A stretch of 64,000 nucleotides of DNA from an uncultured bacterium (GTDB lineage Bacteria; Verrucomicrobiota; Verrucomicrobiia; Limisphaerales; UBA8199). The stretch covers positions 608,001 to 672,000 of the forward strand of contig CAVVMW010000021.1 in NCBI GenBank assembly GCA_963749495.1, in the 5' to 3' direction. Within the stretch, counting starts at the first letter, position 1. Each line of letters begins with the position of its first letter. The notes under the pieces were generated by a model. That model worked only from the letters and a program-made list of their open reading frames with translations, was not told where the DNA came from and ran no database searches. A program made the translations under genes and the position numbers. Positions 1 to 9,791 of this stretch are shown here, piece after piece.

Positions 1-1930
1 CACACTGCGTTTGCCGCTGCGCCAGGCGACTTCGATCCGCAACCGGTTAGTCAGGCTGCCGGCGGCAAAAACGCGCATCGTGTCGTCGCAGGAGAGATAG
101 CGCCCGCCGCACATCATCTCCTTGCTCTGCGCCACCGGTCCGCCGGTCACCCGAATTCGCGCCCCGATTCCCCGCGTGTTGGGAGCCAGACCGCGCAGAC
201 GGACCGCGATTCGTGGAGCCGGGGTGTTGTTTCGATACAATCCGGCCGCCTCATTGAGGTTGTTGACGATGAGATCCAAGTCTCCGTCATTATCGAGGTC
301 AGCCAGACAGGCGCCTTGGGAAATTGTGGCGGCGTTGAAGCCCCAGAGTTGCCCAACTTCCTCGAAGCGCAGATCGCAGCGGTTACGGAAGGCCAGGGTG
401 CGGGTTGCCAAGGGCGGATACATTTTGCGCATCGCAAGGGCCGCTGCCGTACCGAGTCCTGCTGGCGGCGGCCGCTTGCCGGATGCGGTTCTGGGCGTCC
501 AGGTTCATGTTATCGCGCACGAACCCGTTGGGGATCAATACGTCCTCGTAGCCGTCGAGGTCCACGTCCAGAAAGATTGGCGCCCAGGACCACTCGGAGG
601 CTTCCAGACCGGCGTATTGGGCGATCTCCGCGTAAGTGCCGTCGCCCCGGTTCAGAAACAGCGTGTTGCGCGGATACTGGATGGGCTCGGCGGTGGAATC
701 CATCATCGAGTCCTCGGCATACATCGAGTTGCGCTGCGTCAGGCGCCGTCGATGGTCGCGGCTTAACATGTCCACCACCATGAAATCATCGTAGCCGTCG
801 CGATTCAAATCGGCGACATCGATTCCCATCGAGGAGAAGCTCGTCTCCCGCTGGGTGAAGGGCGGGGCGAGCCGGAAGCGGCCGTGCCCATCGTTGAGCC
901 AAAAGCGGTCGGGGGAGCGGAAGTCGTTGCAAACATAAAGGTCCGGGCAGCCATCTCCGTTGAAATCGTGAAACACGACGGACAACCCCCAGTCGAATGG
1001 GGGTTCTGTCAGCGGCTCGCCCTCCTGGTCCAGAAAGGCGCCGCCGGTCCACGAGACGGCCTGGAAATTGCCCTGCCCGTCGTTTCGGAGGAACACGTCG
1101 GGCTCTCCCAGTTCTTCCCGGCCCAAATGGCCTCGGCCTTGCTCGTCCAATCGCGTGGTGAAGCGAAAGCGATTGGTCCATTCGGGGTCGGTGGGCGGCC
1201 GGCCGTTGATCAGCGCGACCTGGGCCTGGTTGTTGACCATTTTCATGCTGAAGCGGGTGCCCGGGGCGTCCATGATTGTCGAGGCCCGGTAGTTGGCGAT
1301 GTAAAGGTCGAGCCGGCCGGCGCCGGTGGTATCCGCCAAGGCCAGCCCGGTGCCGCCCCGGCCCTCGTTGAGCACCTGCCGGCTGTGGGTGAAATGTCCC
1401 TTGCCGTCATTGATGAAAATGTGCGTGCCGCCGCCGATCGAATTGACCAGCAAATCCAGATGGCCCTCACCGCTGATGTCTGCGAACACCGCCCCCGTGG
1501 CATCGAGGTTGGAGCATGTGATTCCGGCGCGTTCGGTAATGTCTTCGAATTTCCAGTTGCCCAGGTTGCGATACAAACGGCTGCCTCCGGCCAATCCGCA
1601 AAAGAAGAGGTCACACCATCCGTCTTCGTCCACGTCTCCGGCGGCGACGCCCGAGCCGTTGGGCAGGATGGTGTTCGTGAGAGACCGCGACTCGGGAAGC
1701 GAATTGGTGAACCAGATGCCGGTTTCTTGCGGCATGAGAAGGGTAAACCCCGCCCGGCCACCGGGAGGGACGGCCACCGGTGCGAACCGGTAGCCAGGCC
1801 CCTCCTGCCATGTCTGAGCACCGGCGACGATAGCGAGCAGCAGGCCCGTGGTCCAAAGCAAAAGCCGGCAGACCGCGTGTCGATTAGACTTCAATTGAAG
1901 GCTGAGAATAGCCGCCTCCCAGCGGGGCAT
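1..1930 (-). CDS. FG-GAP/VCBS repeat + ASPIC-UnbV (CRTAC1-like) protein; runs off the left edge; one frameshift near 450
   Basis: ORF 383..2170 has repeated GDVDEDGWCDL / DFNGDGCPDL motifs. A shifted frame continues MRKMYPPLAT...ADLDNDGDLDL...CGGRYLSCDD to base 1. Paralogous to 22904.. and ..36820. Start uncertain (ATG at 1930). Confidence 0.85.
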
Positions 1931-2089
1931 CAAGCCTGATTGGCCGCCCGAGAGGACCGGGGGCGTGAGACACAATAGCAACGTTTGCCAGCGTAATGCC
2001 GAACGTGCACTCCTCCGGGGGCCTGGCTGGTTGGTGCTTGATCGCCCGCGCCGGGGATATAGTCTCCAGGAGGCCGACAGGCCTTGTTC

Positions 2090-2470
2090 CCGGCCCAACG
2101 GGCCGGCAGAGCCTAGCCCAGGGCTGAGGCCGCCAGGCCGATGCCCTGGGTACAGGGTCCTCGAAATCAACCGCGCCCTGAAAGGGCGCTAGAAGCCTAA
2201 GCCTCTGCCACAATCGCTCGCCAAAATCTATACGCACCTGATCTTCTCCACCAAACACCGGGAACGTTGGCTCACGGATGATTTCCGGGCGGACCTGCAC
2301 GCCTACCTGGGCGGGACGCTCCACGGGTTGGCTTGCATTCCGATCGTCCGCGATTGACGCCTCTGGCGCCCCTTCAGGGCGCGCGTGCCGTCTCGGGGGC
2401 GGAACCCAGGGCATCGGCCTGGCGGCCTCAGCCCTGGGCTAGGCTCTGGCGGCCCGATGGGCCGCGGCAG
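2090..2470. repeat. REP-like inverted doublet, family A (cgccctgaaagggcg / agcccagggctgaggcc...gatgccctggg), enclosing a transposase remnant
   Basis: Units at about 2090-2190 and 2365-2470 are inverted copies of each other; each contains internal hairpins. Confidence 0.85.
2205..2357 (+). pseudogene. tnpA: Truncated IS200/IS605-type Y1 transposase (TnpA/RAYT-like), N-terminus only
   Basis: Reads LPQSLAKIYTHLIFSTKHRERWLTDDFRADLHAYLGGTLHGLACIPIVRD*. HxxFSTKxR and LHAYLGG match the Y1 TnpA N-terminus. CTG stands where ATG is expected, and the frame stops before the HUH motif. Confidence 0.8.
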
Positions 2471-2505
2471 GGCGGGCGCCGGTCTTGGCGGCCCAGTGAT
2501 CAATC

Positions 2506-3432
2506 TCATTTGCCCCCAAGGAGATCCAGGAGCATCTGCGTCAGGGTTGGTTCGGCCCATTTCAGCATAGCCCACAAAAGACTGACAAAGACCACACAAC
2601 CAATCGGTACGCCTATGCACGACGTCACAACAAGGGACGGCCACGGTCCCAGCCCGACTTTGGACCGGCGATGCACCCGGCGCAACCCATGCACAATTAA
2701 CGTGGCGATGCCGAGGTTAAGCATCACGCTTAGTATCGTCCACAGAAGCGAGGCGGACGAAGCGCTCTGCAGCGTTGAACCGAGGAACAAGAGCGTGATG
2801 CCGCTGACCGATGCTACGCTGCCGAAGAAATGGACCCATGCCAGCCACGTGGATGTCCTCCCATGAACTGCAGGCGCAGGCGGCAGGAGCGGGCCATGGA
2901 CTGCCTCCACCACCCAGAAATCGTTGTCGTCTCGGCTCCGAAAGCCGGTGACCTCCTGTTGCCCAGAGGTGAATTGCGGGCTCGATGTCGGGTGCGAATG
3001 CAGCGCTGCCCCCGTGGGGCAGTGGACTAACCTCAGCTTCGATTTCGCCCCCGCCGGTCTATTTCCTTCCACCTCCACCACCCAATCATCATTGGCATCC
3101 CCCTTCCCATCTTTACCATAACACGTGACCTCCAACTGCTCCTTGCTCACAGGGGCGGGGTGCCCGTGGCAGTGGAGGTTTCTGCGCGAACCCGAATTCT
3201 CCAGCCTAATGACCGATCGATCCGCGACCGGCTCGCCGTAGAGGTGGCCCTCCGGGTAACCGTTGGCGGCTTTGACCAGCCAGTAGCATTTGGCATTGGG
3301 GGCATCTATGCATGTCACTTGGTCCTGGTCGGAGCCTCCCGGGTGACAGTGAGGAATAGCCGGGGAGCTGAGAAAGAGACCCGTCGCTGCATGCTTGAGA
3401 ACAATCTCAGAGCCATAACTTACCGTGTGCAT
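2506..3432 (-). CDS. MIR-domain (SDF2-like beta-trefoil) protein with about 3 C-terminal transmembrane helices
   Basis: Three MIR-like motifs (YGSEIVLKHAATG, VIRLENSGSRRNLHCH...EVTCYG...DANDDW, LRLVHCPTGAALHSH...QQEVTG...DDNDFW), followed by hydrophobic segments. Confidence 0.8.
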   Translation of the reverse strand: MHTVSYGSEIVLKHAATGLFLSSPAIPHCHPGGSDQDQVTCIDAPNAKCYWLVKAANGYPEGHLYGEPVADRSVIRLENSGSRRNLHCHGHPAPVSKEQLEVTCYGKDGKGDANDDWVVEVEGNRPAGAKSKLRLVHCPTGAALHSHPTSSPQFTSGQQEVTGFRSRDDNDFWVVEAVHGPLLPPAPAVHGRTSTWLAWVHFFGSVASVSGITLLFLGSTLQSASSASLLWTILSVMLNLGIATLIVHGLRRVHRRSKVGLGPWPSLVVTSCIGVPIGCVVFVSLLWAMLKWAEPTLTQMLLDLLGGK

Positions 3433-3617
3433 AAAGACGCTTCTTGCTAACAGCCACTGGCTTGAAGATCTGTTCCGATGCTGCCAGATGGCCGGAAGGA
3501 GTCAAGCAGCAGATTCTGCCCGTTTCTCGCCGCTTACGGCGCGGCACGGGGGTGCCCGGCGTGTGGTCGCGACCGGAGACCGGTTCACCAGGTGAAAGAA
3601 CCGGCGTGCGCCTCCTC

Positions 3618-3912
3618 GCGGCCTGACGGGTCGGCAGAGCCTAGCCCAGGGCTGAGGCCGTCAGGCCGATGCCCTGGGAACATGGTCCCGGAAGATCTGG
3701 CGCGCCCTGAAGGGGCGCCACAGTCTTGCGCCCTTTCAGGGCGCGATTGATTTGGCTGGCCCTGTACCCAGGGCATCGGCCTGCCGGCCTCAGCCCTGGG
3801 CTAGGCTCTGGCGGCCCGATGGGCCGCGGCAGGCCGCAAACCGGCTTTGGCTTCCCAGGGTTGCGCGTTCTGCGCAACCCTGGGCTGAATGATTTCCATC
3901 CCTTCGGGATGC
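3618..3912. repeat. REP-like inverted doublet, family A, plus a related hairpin unit
   Basis: About 3618-3720 and 3728-3835 are inverted copies of the 2090-2470 units. 3850-3912 is cccagggttgcg...cgcaaccctggg followed by atcccttcgggat. Confidence 0.85.
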
Positions 3913-3988
3913 TTCCGGCCGGGAGCGGCGTTTTGCACACCACTCCGGGCAGGTGGGCGTAAGGCGCGCACGGCGCGCGTTACTCCGG

Positions 3989-6900
3989 CTAATCTCTGAG
4001 CCGATAGAACTGGCGGGTGTTGGTGGCTTGCACCGTATAAGGGGCTGTTGCGCCAGGGACGTCTGTGTAAGGGCCGGTGACAATTGTGGCGGTTTGCAGC
4101 GTGCCCACGGTCCAGTTCAGTTTCAGTTGGCCGTGGCCGAGGTTGGCGATCGTAAGAGTCGGCGGCACCGTTGAGACGGCGAGCGCGATGGAGGCGTTCG
4201 TGGAACCATAGGCATTGGTCACGGTCAACTGCAGGGTATCGCCGTTCCAGCCGGCGGGAGGATTGGCCACCTTGAGGGTGGCATCCAGGAGCGCTCCGTT
4301 GGTCACTCCGCCGGCTACGTTGGTGCCGTGGCCCACATCGTTCCACGTGTAGCCCATCGGCCCGGTGCCGACCGCCGTGGCCGCGATCATCAGGGGCGCG
4401 CCTGCCCCAGCCGACGCGGTGGCAGGAGGCCGCGGCGCGAAGTACGGCGCGACGTTGACGACCTGAGCATAGGTTGATCCCACCTGGGCTGCCGTCAGGG
4501 CGTAGTTGTAAAGCGCCACGTCGCTAATGTTCCCAATGAATTGGTGGGTGCCGTTAAGCGGCGTGGTGTCGGGTCGGGAGCCGATCATGAGCGGCGCGGT
4601 GGCAGCCATCAAACCGGCGCCCACGGGCACCGTGGCGGTGCCGGCCACCTGGCCGTCGGCGTAAAGCGATACCAGGCCGTTGCTCTCGTCGCAGACTCCC
4701 ACCAGGTAATGCCAGTCGGCGCTCGAGGCCAACGTCAGAGAGTTGTTCGCGGTGTGATAGGCGCCGCCAGAGGTTTTACCGGAGGCGTCTGAAATGAAGA
4801 ACCGAACGGCGTTGTTGGCGCCGCCTTCGTCGAGGCCGAATTGTTCCAGATACCCCCAAAGGCCTATGGCCACAATCCCGGCGCCAAAATTCTGCGCCAA
4901 GGCGTTTCCGTTGGCCCAAGCCGCAACGGAAAACTGGGCGTTGCTGCCCGAGGGCGTTTCAAAATCAATGTTGTTTCCAAACTGGCCGGCAAAGCAGTCG
5001 GAAACGGCGATCGTGCCGAAGCTGGCCGAGGTCTCGGTCGGGTCCGTGCTGCTGTAGCCCGCGCTACCCAGGGAGACATTCGTGTAGAGCCCATTGTTGC
5101 CGCTGGCATAGTCATTGCACACGGCGTTGGGATTGCCGTCGAAGAGCCCGTCGTCAGGCTCATTCAAGCGCCAATAGGCCATGGGATGCAGGGCCAGCAC
5201 CGCCTGCGGGAAGGGCGCCGTGGGCGCCGCCACGTAGTCCACCGACCAGACCCTGCTGGTCAGCGAGCCGGCGCTGTTGGTCACGAGGCACTCAAAGGAG
5301 GCCGGACCGCCCATCTGGGCGTTGAAGAAGGTGAAGCTGGCATTGGTGGCGCCAGCCACCGGCGCGCCATTGGTGTTCCACTGATAATACAGCGGCGGAT
5401 TCCCTATTACCGAAACCGAGAACGTGGGGCTTGAGCCAACTGTGCCCCCGGCGCCGCCGTACAACGTGACCACATTGGTCTGGGTTATCGGGAACTGCCC
5501 GATGAGTGTCGGAACGCCGTTGGTGATGTAAACCAGTGCGGAGAGGTTCGTGGAACCATAAGAATTGGTCACGGTCAATTGCAGGGTGTCGCCGTTCCAG
5601 CCGGCGGGGACGCTGCCCACCGTGAGGCTCGCGTCGAGGAAGGCGCCGTTGGTGACTCCGCCGGCCACGTTGGTGCCGTGGCCCAGGTCACGCCACAAGT
5701 AGCCGATCGGCCCAGTCCCGGCCGCTTGGGCGGGGATCGTCAGTGGCAGACCCTGCCCGACGAGCACGGTGGCAGGAGGCGCCTCCGCGAAGAATGGCCC
5801 GGTGCTGACGACTTGCGCGTAGGTTGCTCCCACCTGGGCGGCCGACAGGGGGTAGTTGTAAACCGCCACGTCGTTGATAAGCCCGACGAACTGGTGGATG
5901 CCGTGGAACGGCGTGCCATCGGGCCGGGAGCCGATCATCATCGGCGCGGTGGCGCGCAGCAAGCCGGACCCCGGAGCCACGCTGCCGCTGGCGGCCAACC
6001 GGCCGTTGATGTAAAGCGACACGTTGCCGCCCGCCTCGTCGCACACCCCCACCAGGTAATGCCAATCCGAGGTCGAGGCCAATACGAGCGAACTGTTGGC
6101 GGTATGATAGCTGTTAGCCGACTTGCCATAAGCGTCTGAAATGCCGAACCGAACAGCGCTGTTGCCGGCGCCCAGGTCGAGGAATATCTGTTCGAGATAC
6201 CCCCAAATGCCGATGCACATAAGCCCGGCGCCATACTGTTGCGCGTTGCCGTTGGCGTTGACCCAACACGCCATGGAAGCTTCGGCGTTGCCGCCCACGG
6301 GCATGCCAAAATCAATGTTGCTCCCAAAATGGCCGGCATAACTCAGGGAAGTGGCGAACGTGCCGAAGCCGGCCGAGGTCTCGGCCGGGTCCGTGCTGCT
6401 GTAACCCGGGTTGCCCAGAGAGACATTGGTGTAGAGCCCATTGTTGCCGCTGGCGTAGTCAGTGCAAAGGACCTTGGGATTGCCGTCGGACAGCCCATCG
6501 TCAGGCTCATTCAACCGCCAATAGGCCATGGGATGGAGCGAGAGCACCGCCTGGGGGAAAAGCGCCTTGGGAGCGGCCACATAGGCCACGTTAAAGACCG
6601 CGCTGGTCGCCGAGCCGGCGGTGTTGGTCACGAGACAATCAAAAGCTGTCGGACCGCCCATCTGGGCATTGTAGAAGGTGAAGCTGGGCTGGTTTGCGCC
6701 CGGCACTGCCACGCCGTTGGTCCTCCACTGGTAAACCAGCGGCGAGATGCCTGTGGCCGAAATCGTGAAGGTGGGGCTTGAGCCGACGGTGCCCCCGGAG
6801 CCGCCGTAGAGCGTAATCACGTTGGTCTGGGATATTGGAAGGCGCACCGCGGTGAACGAGGGAGCGCCGTTGGTGATGTTGATCACGACAGAGATGCTCG

Positions 6901-8461
6901 TGGAACCGAGGGCATTGGTTACGGTCAATTCAAAGGTGTCGCTGTTCCAGCCCAGGGGAACATTGGCAACATCGAGGCTCGCATCGAGCAACGTTCCGTT
7001 GGCGGCCCCCCTGGCCACGTTGGTGCCGTGGCCCATATCGCGCCACGTGTAGCCCATTGGCCCGGTTCCCGCCACGGGGGCCGGGACCGTCAGCGGGAAG
7101 CCTGCCCCGGCAGGCACATTGGCCGGAGGCCGCGGGGCAAAGAAGGGCGCGACCTGGACGGCCGCAGCATACGTGGACCCCACCTGGGCGGCAGTCAAGG
7201 GGTAGTCGTAAATCGCCACGTCGTTCATCAGCCCGGCAAACTGGTGGATGCCGTTAAGCGGCCCGGTGTCGGGCCGGGAGCCGATCATGAGCGGCGCGGT
7301 GGCAGCCAGCAAGCCGCCGCCCACAGGCGCGACGCCGCTCGAGGCCAACTGCCCGTTGACGTAAAGCGATATGATGCCCTGGGCCTCGTTGCACACCCCG
7401 ACCAGGTAATGCCAATCACTGTCCGAGGATAGAATCAGGGAACTCTCGGCGGTATGATAGCTGTTGCCACCCAGGCCGTAACCGTCTGAGATCACGAACC
7501 GAATGGCGTTGCCGCCGCCGCCTTCGTCGAGGAGGAACTGTTCCATGTACCCCCAAAGGCCAACAGCCACAAGCCCGCCGCCATACTGTTGCGGCAGGCT
7601 GTTCCCGTTGGCCCAAGCCGCAACGGAGAACTCGGCGTTGCCACCCAGGGGCGTGGCAAAATCAATGTTGCTGCCAAACTGGCCGGCAAAACTGAGGGAG
7701 GTGGCGAACGTGCCGAAACTAGCCGAGGTCGCGCTCGGGTCCGTGCTGCTGTAACCCGGGTTGCCCAGGGAGACGTTGGTGTAGAGCCCATTGTTGCCGC
7801 TGGCGTAATCCGTGCAAATGGCGTTGGGATTGCCGTCGGAAAGCCCGTCGTCAGGCTCGCTCAAGCGCCAATAGGCCAGGGGGTGCAGCGCCAGAACGGC
7901 CTGGGGGAAAGGCGCGGTGGGAGCGGCCACGTAGGCCACCGACCAGACCATGCTGCTCACCGAGCCTGCGCTGTTGGCAACGACACAATCAAAGGAGGCC
8001 GGACCGCCCATCAGGGCGTTGAAAAAGGTGAGGCTGGCATTGGTTGCACCGGTGACCGCCACGCCGTTGGTTCTCCACTGATAGGACAGTGGCGCAGTGC
8101 CCTCGGCCGAGACCGAGAACGTGGGGCTTGAGCCGATCGTGCCCCCGGAGCCGCCATACAACGTCATCGGGTTCGTATAGGCCGTCGGGTACTGCGCGGT
8201 CAGGGTGGGAGGGCTGGGCTGTCCGTAGGCCGGGCCGAGCGGCAAGGCCAACGTGAGGAGCAGCGCGCATGACGAAGCACATAGCTTAGAGCCAGTCCCA
8301 AAAGCTCTGATTGTGGACCTTTGTCGCAGCCTTTGTCGGCACCTTTGTCGAGAAAACGCCAATCCGACAAAGGTTCCGACAAAGGTTCCGACAAAGGTCT
8401 CAGAATTCGCAGCTTTTGGGACAGGCTCTGGCTTGAGGTTACTGAGAGGTTTGGTTTTCAT
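3989..8461 (-). CDS. Large secreted protein with three tandem Ig-LamG-Ig units and a C-terminal FYRL domain
   Basis: Three near-identical ~450-aa units (YQW..NG; AYWRL.E; WHYLVGV; F.G.I.DVA.Y.Y.L). Likely start MKTKPL at 8461, followed by a signal peptide. Confidence 0.85.
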   Translation of the reverse strand: MKTKPLSNLKPEPVPKAANSETFVGTFVGTFVGLAFSRQRCRQRLRQRSTIRAFGTGSKLCASSCALLLTLALPLGPAYGQPSPPTLTAQYPTAYTNPMTLYGGSGGTIGSSPTFSVSAEGTAPLSYQWRTNGVAVTGATNASLTFFNALMGGPASFDCVVANSAGSVSSMVWSVAYVAAPTAPFPQAVLALHPLAYWRLSEPDDGLSDGNPNAICTDYASGNNGLYTNVSLGNPGYSSTDPSATSASFGTFATSLSFAGQFGSNIDFATPLGGNAEFSVAAWANGNSLPQQYGGGLVAVGLWGYMEQFLLDEGGGGNAIRFVISDGYGLGGNSYHTAESSLILSSDSDWHYLVGVCNEAQGIISLYVNGQLASSGVAPVGGGLLAATAPLMIGSRPDTGPLNGIHQFAGLMNDVAIYDYPLTAAQVGSTYAAAVQVAPFFAPRPPANVPAGAGFPLTVPAPVAGTGPMGYTWRDMGHGTNVARGAANGTLLDASLDVANVPLGWNSDTFELTVTNALGSTSISVVINITNGAPSFTAVRLPISQTNVITLYGGSGGTVGSSPTFTISATGISPLVYQWRTNGVAVPGANQPSFTFYNAQMGGPTAFDCLVTNTAGSATSAVFNVAYVAAPKALFPQAVLSLHPMAYWRLNEPDDGLSDGNPKVLCTDYASGNNGLYTNVSLGNPGYSSTDPAETSAGFGTFATSLSYAGHFGSNIDFGMPVGGNAEASMACWVNANGNAQQYGAGLMCIGIWGYLEQIFLDLGAGNSAVRFGISDAYGKSANSYHTANSSLVLASTSDWHYLVGVCDEAGGNVSLYINGRLAASGSVAPGSGLLRATAPMMIGSRPDGTPFHGIHQFVGLINDVAVYNYPLSAAQVGATYAQVVSTGPFFAEAPPATVLVGQGLPLTIPAQAAGTGPIGYLWRDLGHGTNVAGGVTNGAFLDASLTVGSVPAGWNGDTLQLTVTNSYGSTNLSALVYITNGVPTLIGQFPITQTNVVTLYGGAGGTVGSSPTFSVSVIGNPPLYYQWNTNGAPVAGATNASFTFFNAQMGGPASFECLVTNSAGSLTSRVWSVDYVAAPTAPFPQAVLALHPMAYWRLNEPDDGLFDGNPNAVCNDYASGNNGLYTNVSLGSAGYSSTDPTETSASFGTIAVSDCFAGQFGNNIDFETPSGSNAQFSVAAWANGNALAQNFGAGIVAIGLWGYLEQFGLDEGGANNAVRFFISDASGKTSGGAYHTANNSLTLASSADWHYLVGVCDESNGLVSLYADGQVAGTATVPVGAGLMAATAPLMIGSRPDTTPLNGTHQFIGNISDVALYNYALTAAQVGSTYAQVVNVAPYFAPRPPATASAGAGAPLMIAATAVGTGPMGYTWNDVGHGTNVAGGVTNGALLDATLKVANPPAGWNGDTLQLTVTNAYGSTNASIALAVSTVPPTLTIANLGHGQLKLNWTVGTLQTATIVTGPYTDVPGATAPYTVQATNTRQFYRLRD
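8288..8430. mobile_element. MITE-like palindromic element (family E) inserted in frame in the signal-peptide region
   Basis: 19-bp terminal inverted repeats agagccagtcccaaaagct / agcttttgggacaggctct (1 mismatch); inner ctttgtcg x3 / cgacaaagg x3; flanking gctt direct repeat. Confidence 0.8.
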
Positions 8462-8516
8462 GGGTTGGTTGGTTCGGTTGTTGGTTCTGCAGAGGGACGG
8501 CGTCAGGGCTGCAAGC

Positions 8517-9377
8517 TCAGGGGCCGGGGCGGGTGGCGTGCCGCTGGATCCAGAGCACGTCCATGCTGTTGGGACAACTGATGAATTTCTGGAACACGGT
8601 CTCGAGCGGCGGCATGGTGCGCCCGTCGCGCCATTTGTGAATTTCGGCGTGTCCGTCGGCAAAGGTGGTGCCGCAGGCGCCGCTGTGGTAGTCGCCGGGC
8701 ACGTTCGGCAGGCTCGCACCGCCGCCGGCGGTCATGTTGATGGCGAAATAGCCGTCGTCGATGCTATCGGACCGCTCATCAATAAACACCAGGGCCTCCG
8801 CCGGCGAGAGCTTCACAATGTCCGTCGTCTTGGCGAACGTGATAAAACCGGAATTCCAAGCCGGGGCATTTTTCCCCATCCAGCAGTTCATCGACATGCT
8901 CCGCACCCGTGGCAGCCTGTGCCCAAGGATCTGGGCCATGCTGTGATCGGCCACGCACTTGTAAACCGCCGCCGATCGCTCATAGGGGCCGATCTGGGAC
9001 CACGTGGGGTCCAGGAGGTAAATGGTGTTGGTATTGTCCGTATTGTTGGGTACGTTGCCTTCGGGGGTCAGCCACCCGGTGATCCAGTTGCCGGAGTTTT
9101 GGACGTGGTTCGCTTCCTCCTGCCAATAGTCACCAGGCAGGAACTCCTTGTTGTCACAGGCGTACATATACCACCCCAGTTGCAGTTGCTTCAAATTGCC
9201 CAGGCAGTGGACGCCCTGCGCCTTGCTCTTGGATTTGGCCAGAGCGGGCAGCAGAAGCGACGCCAGGATGGCGATGATGGCGATTACCACCAATAACTCG
9301 ATCAGGGTAAAGCCGCCGACAGGCCGTGCCGGGTCAGCGCTTTGGCGATGGGGAACAGATTGTGCGGTCCGATTCAT
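8517..9377 (-). CDS. Prepilin-type N-terminal cleavage/methylation protein with H-X9-DG motif (DUF1559-like)
   Basis: [25 protein letters not shown] near the N-terminus; [16 protein letters not shown] near the C-terminus. Confidence 0.92.
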   Translation of the reverse strand: MNRTAQSVPHRQSADPARPVGGFTLIELLVVIAIIAILASLLLPALAKSKSKAQGVHCLGNLKQLQLGWYMYACDNKEFLPGDYWQEEANHVQNSGNWITGWLTPEGNVPNNTDNTNTIYLLDPTWSQIGPYERSAAVYKCVADHSMAQILGHRLPRVRSMSMNCWMGKNAPAWNSGFITFAKTTDIVKLSPAEALVFIDERSDSIDDGYFAINMTAGGGASLPNVPGDYHSGACGTTFADGHAEIHKWRDGRTMPPLETVFQKFISCPNSMDVLWIQRHATRPGP

Positions 9378-9540
9378 GTTGCTCTTGGTTCAGCGCTCAC
9401 GGTTGCCTGGCGGCAGGCTGGTCGATGCCATTTTCGTTAGTCACAATGACACCGCCGCGAGGAATCGCGGATATTTCACGCCATTGTGTTGCCCACGTGC
9501 GCCTTGTCAAGGGCCGTCTTTGGAACCCGACCGCACGGGG

Positions 9541-9743
9541 AGGGTCGTTGACAAAGTTGTAGCGCAGGTTTCCAAACCTGCTGTATCGCCGATTTCCAAT
9601 CGGCGGGACGTTGGCATGTCGAGCGCCCCCGGTTTGCGCACGGCCTGCGGGTTTGGAAACCCGCGATACAGCAGGTTTGGAAACCTGCGCTACGCTGGCG
9701 CCCCTGTCGCCCAGGCGTGCCGAGCGACTTTGTCAATGGCCCT
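9541..9743. repeat. GTAG-type REP doublet nested inside outer inverted repeats (family B)
   Basis: gtagcgcaggtttccaaacctgc...gcaggtttggaaacctgcgctac (about 9559-9693), bounded by agggtcgttgacaaagt / actttgtcaatggccct. Confidence 0.8.
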
Positions 9744-9791
9744 GGCCGCACGGGGGGTATCTTGAGAGTACCTACCATCCGGTATCCAACC

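Noticed and set aside
2090..3912. Clustered repeats as a CRISPR array
   Set aside because: They are inverted doublets without regular repeat-spacer periodicity, and no cas genes are present.
4170..8200. Diversity-generating retroelement TR/VR pair
   Set aside because: No reverse transcriptase in the window; the repeats are long in-frame domains and the differences are not evidently adenine-specific.
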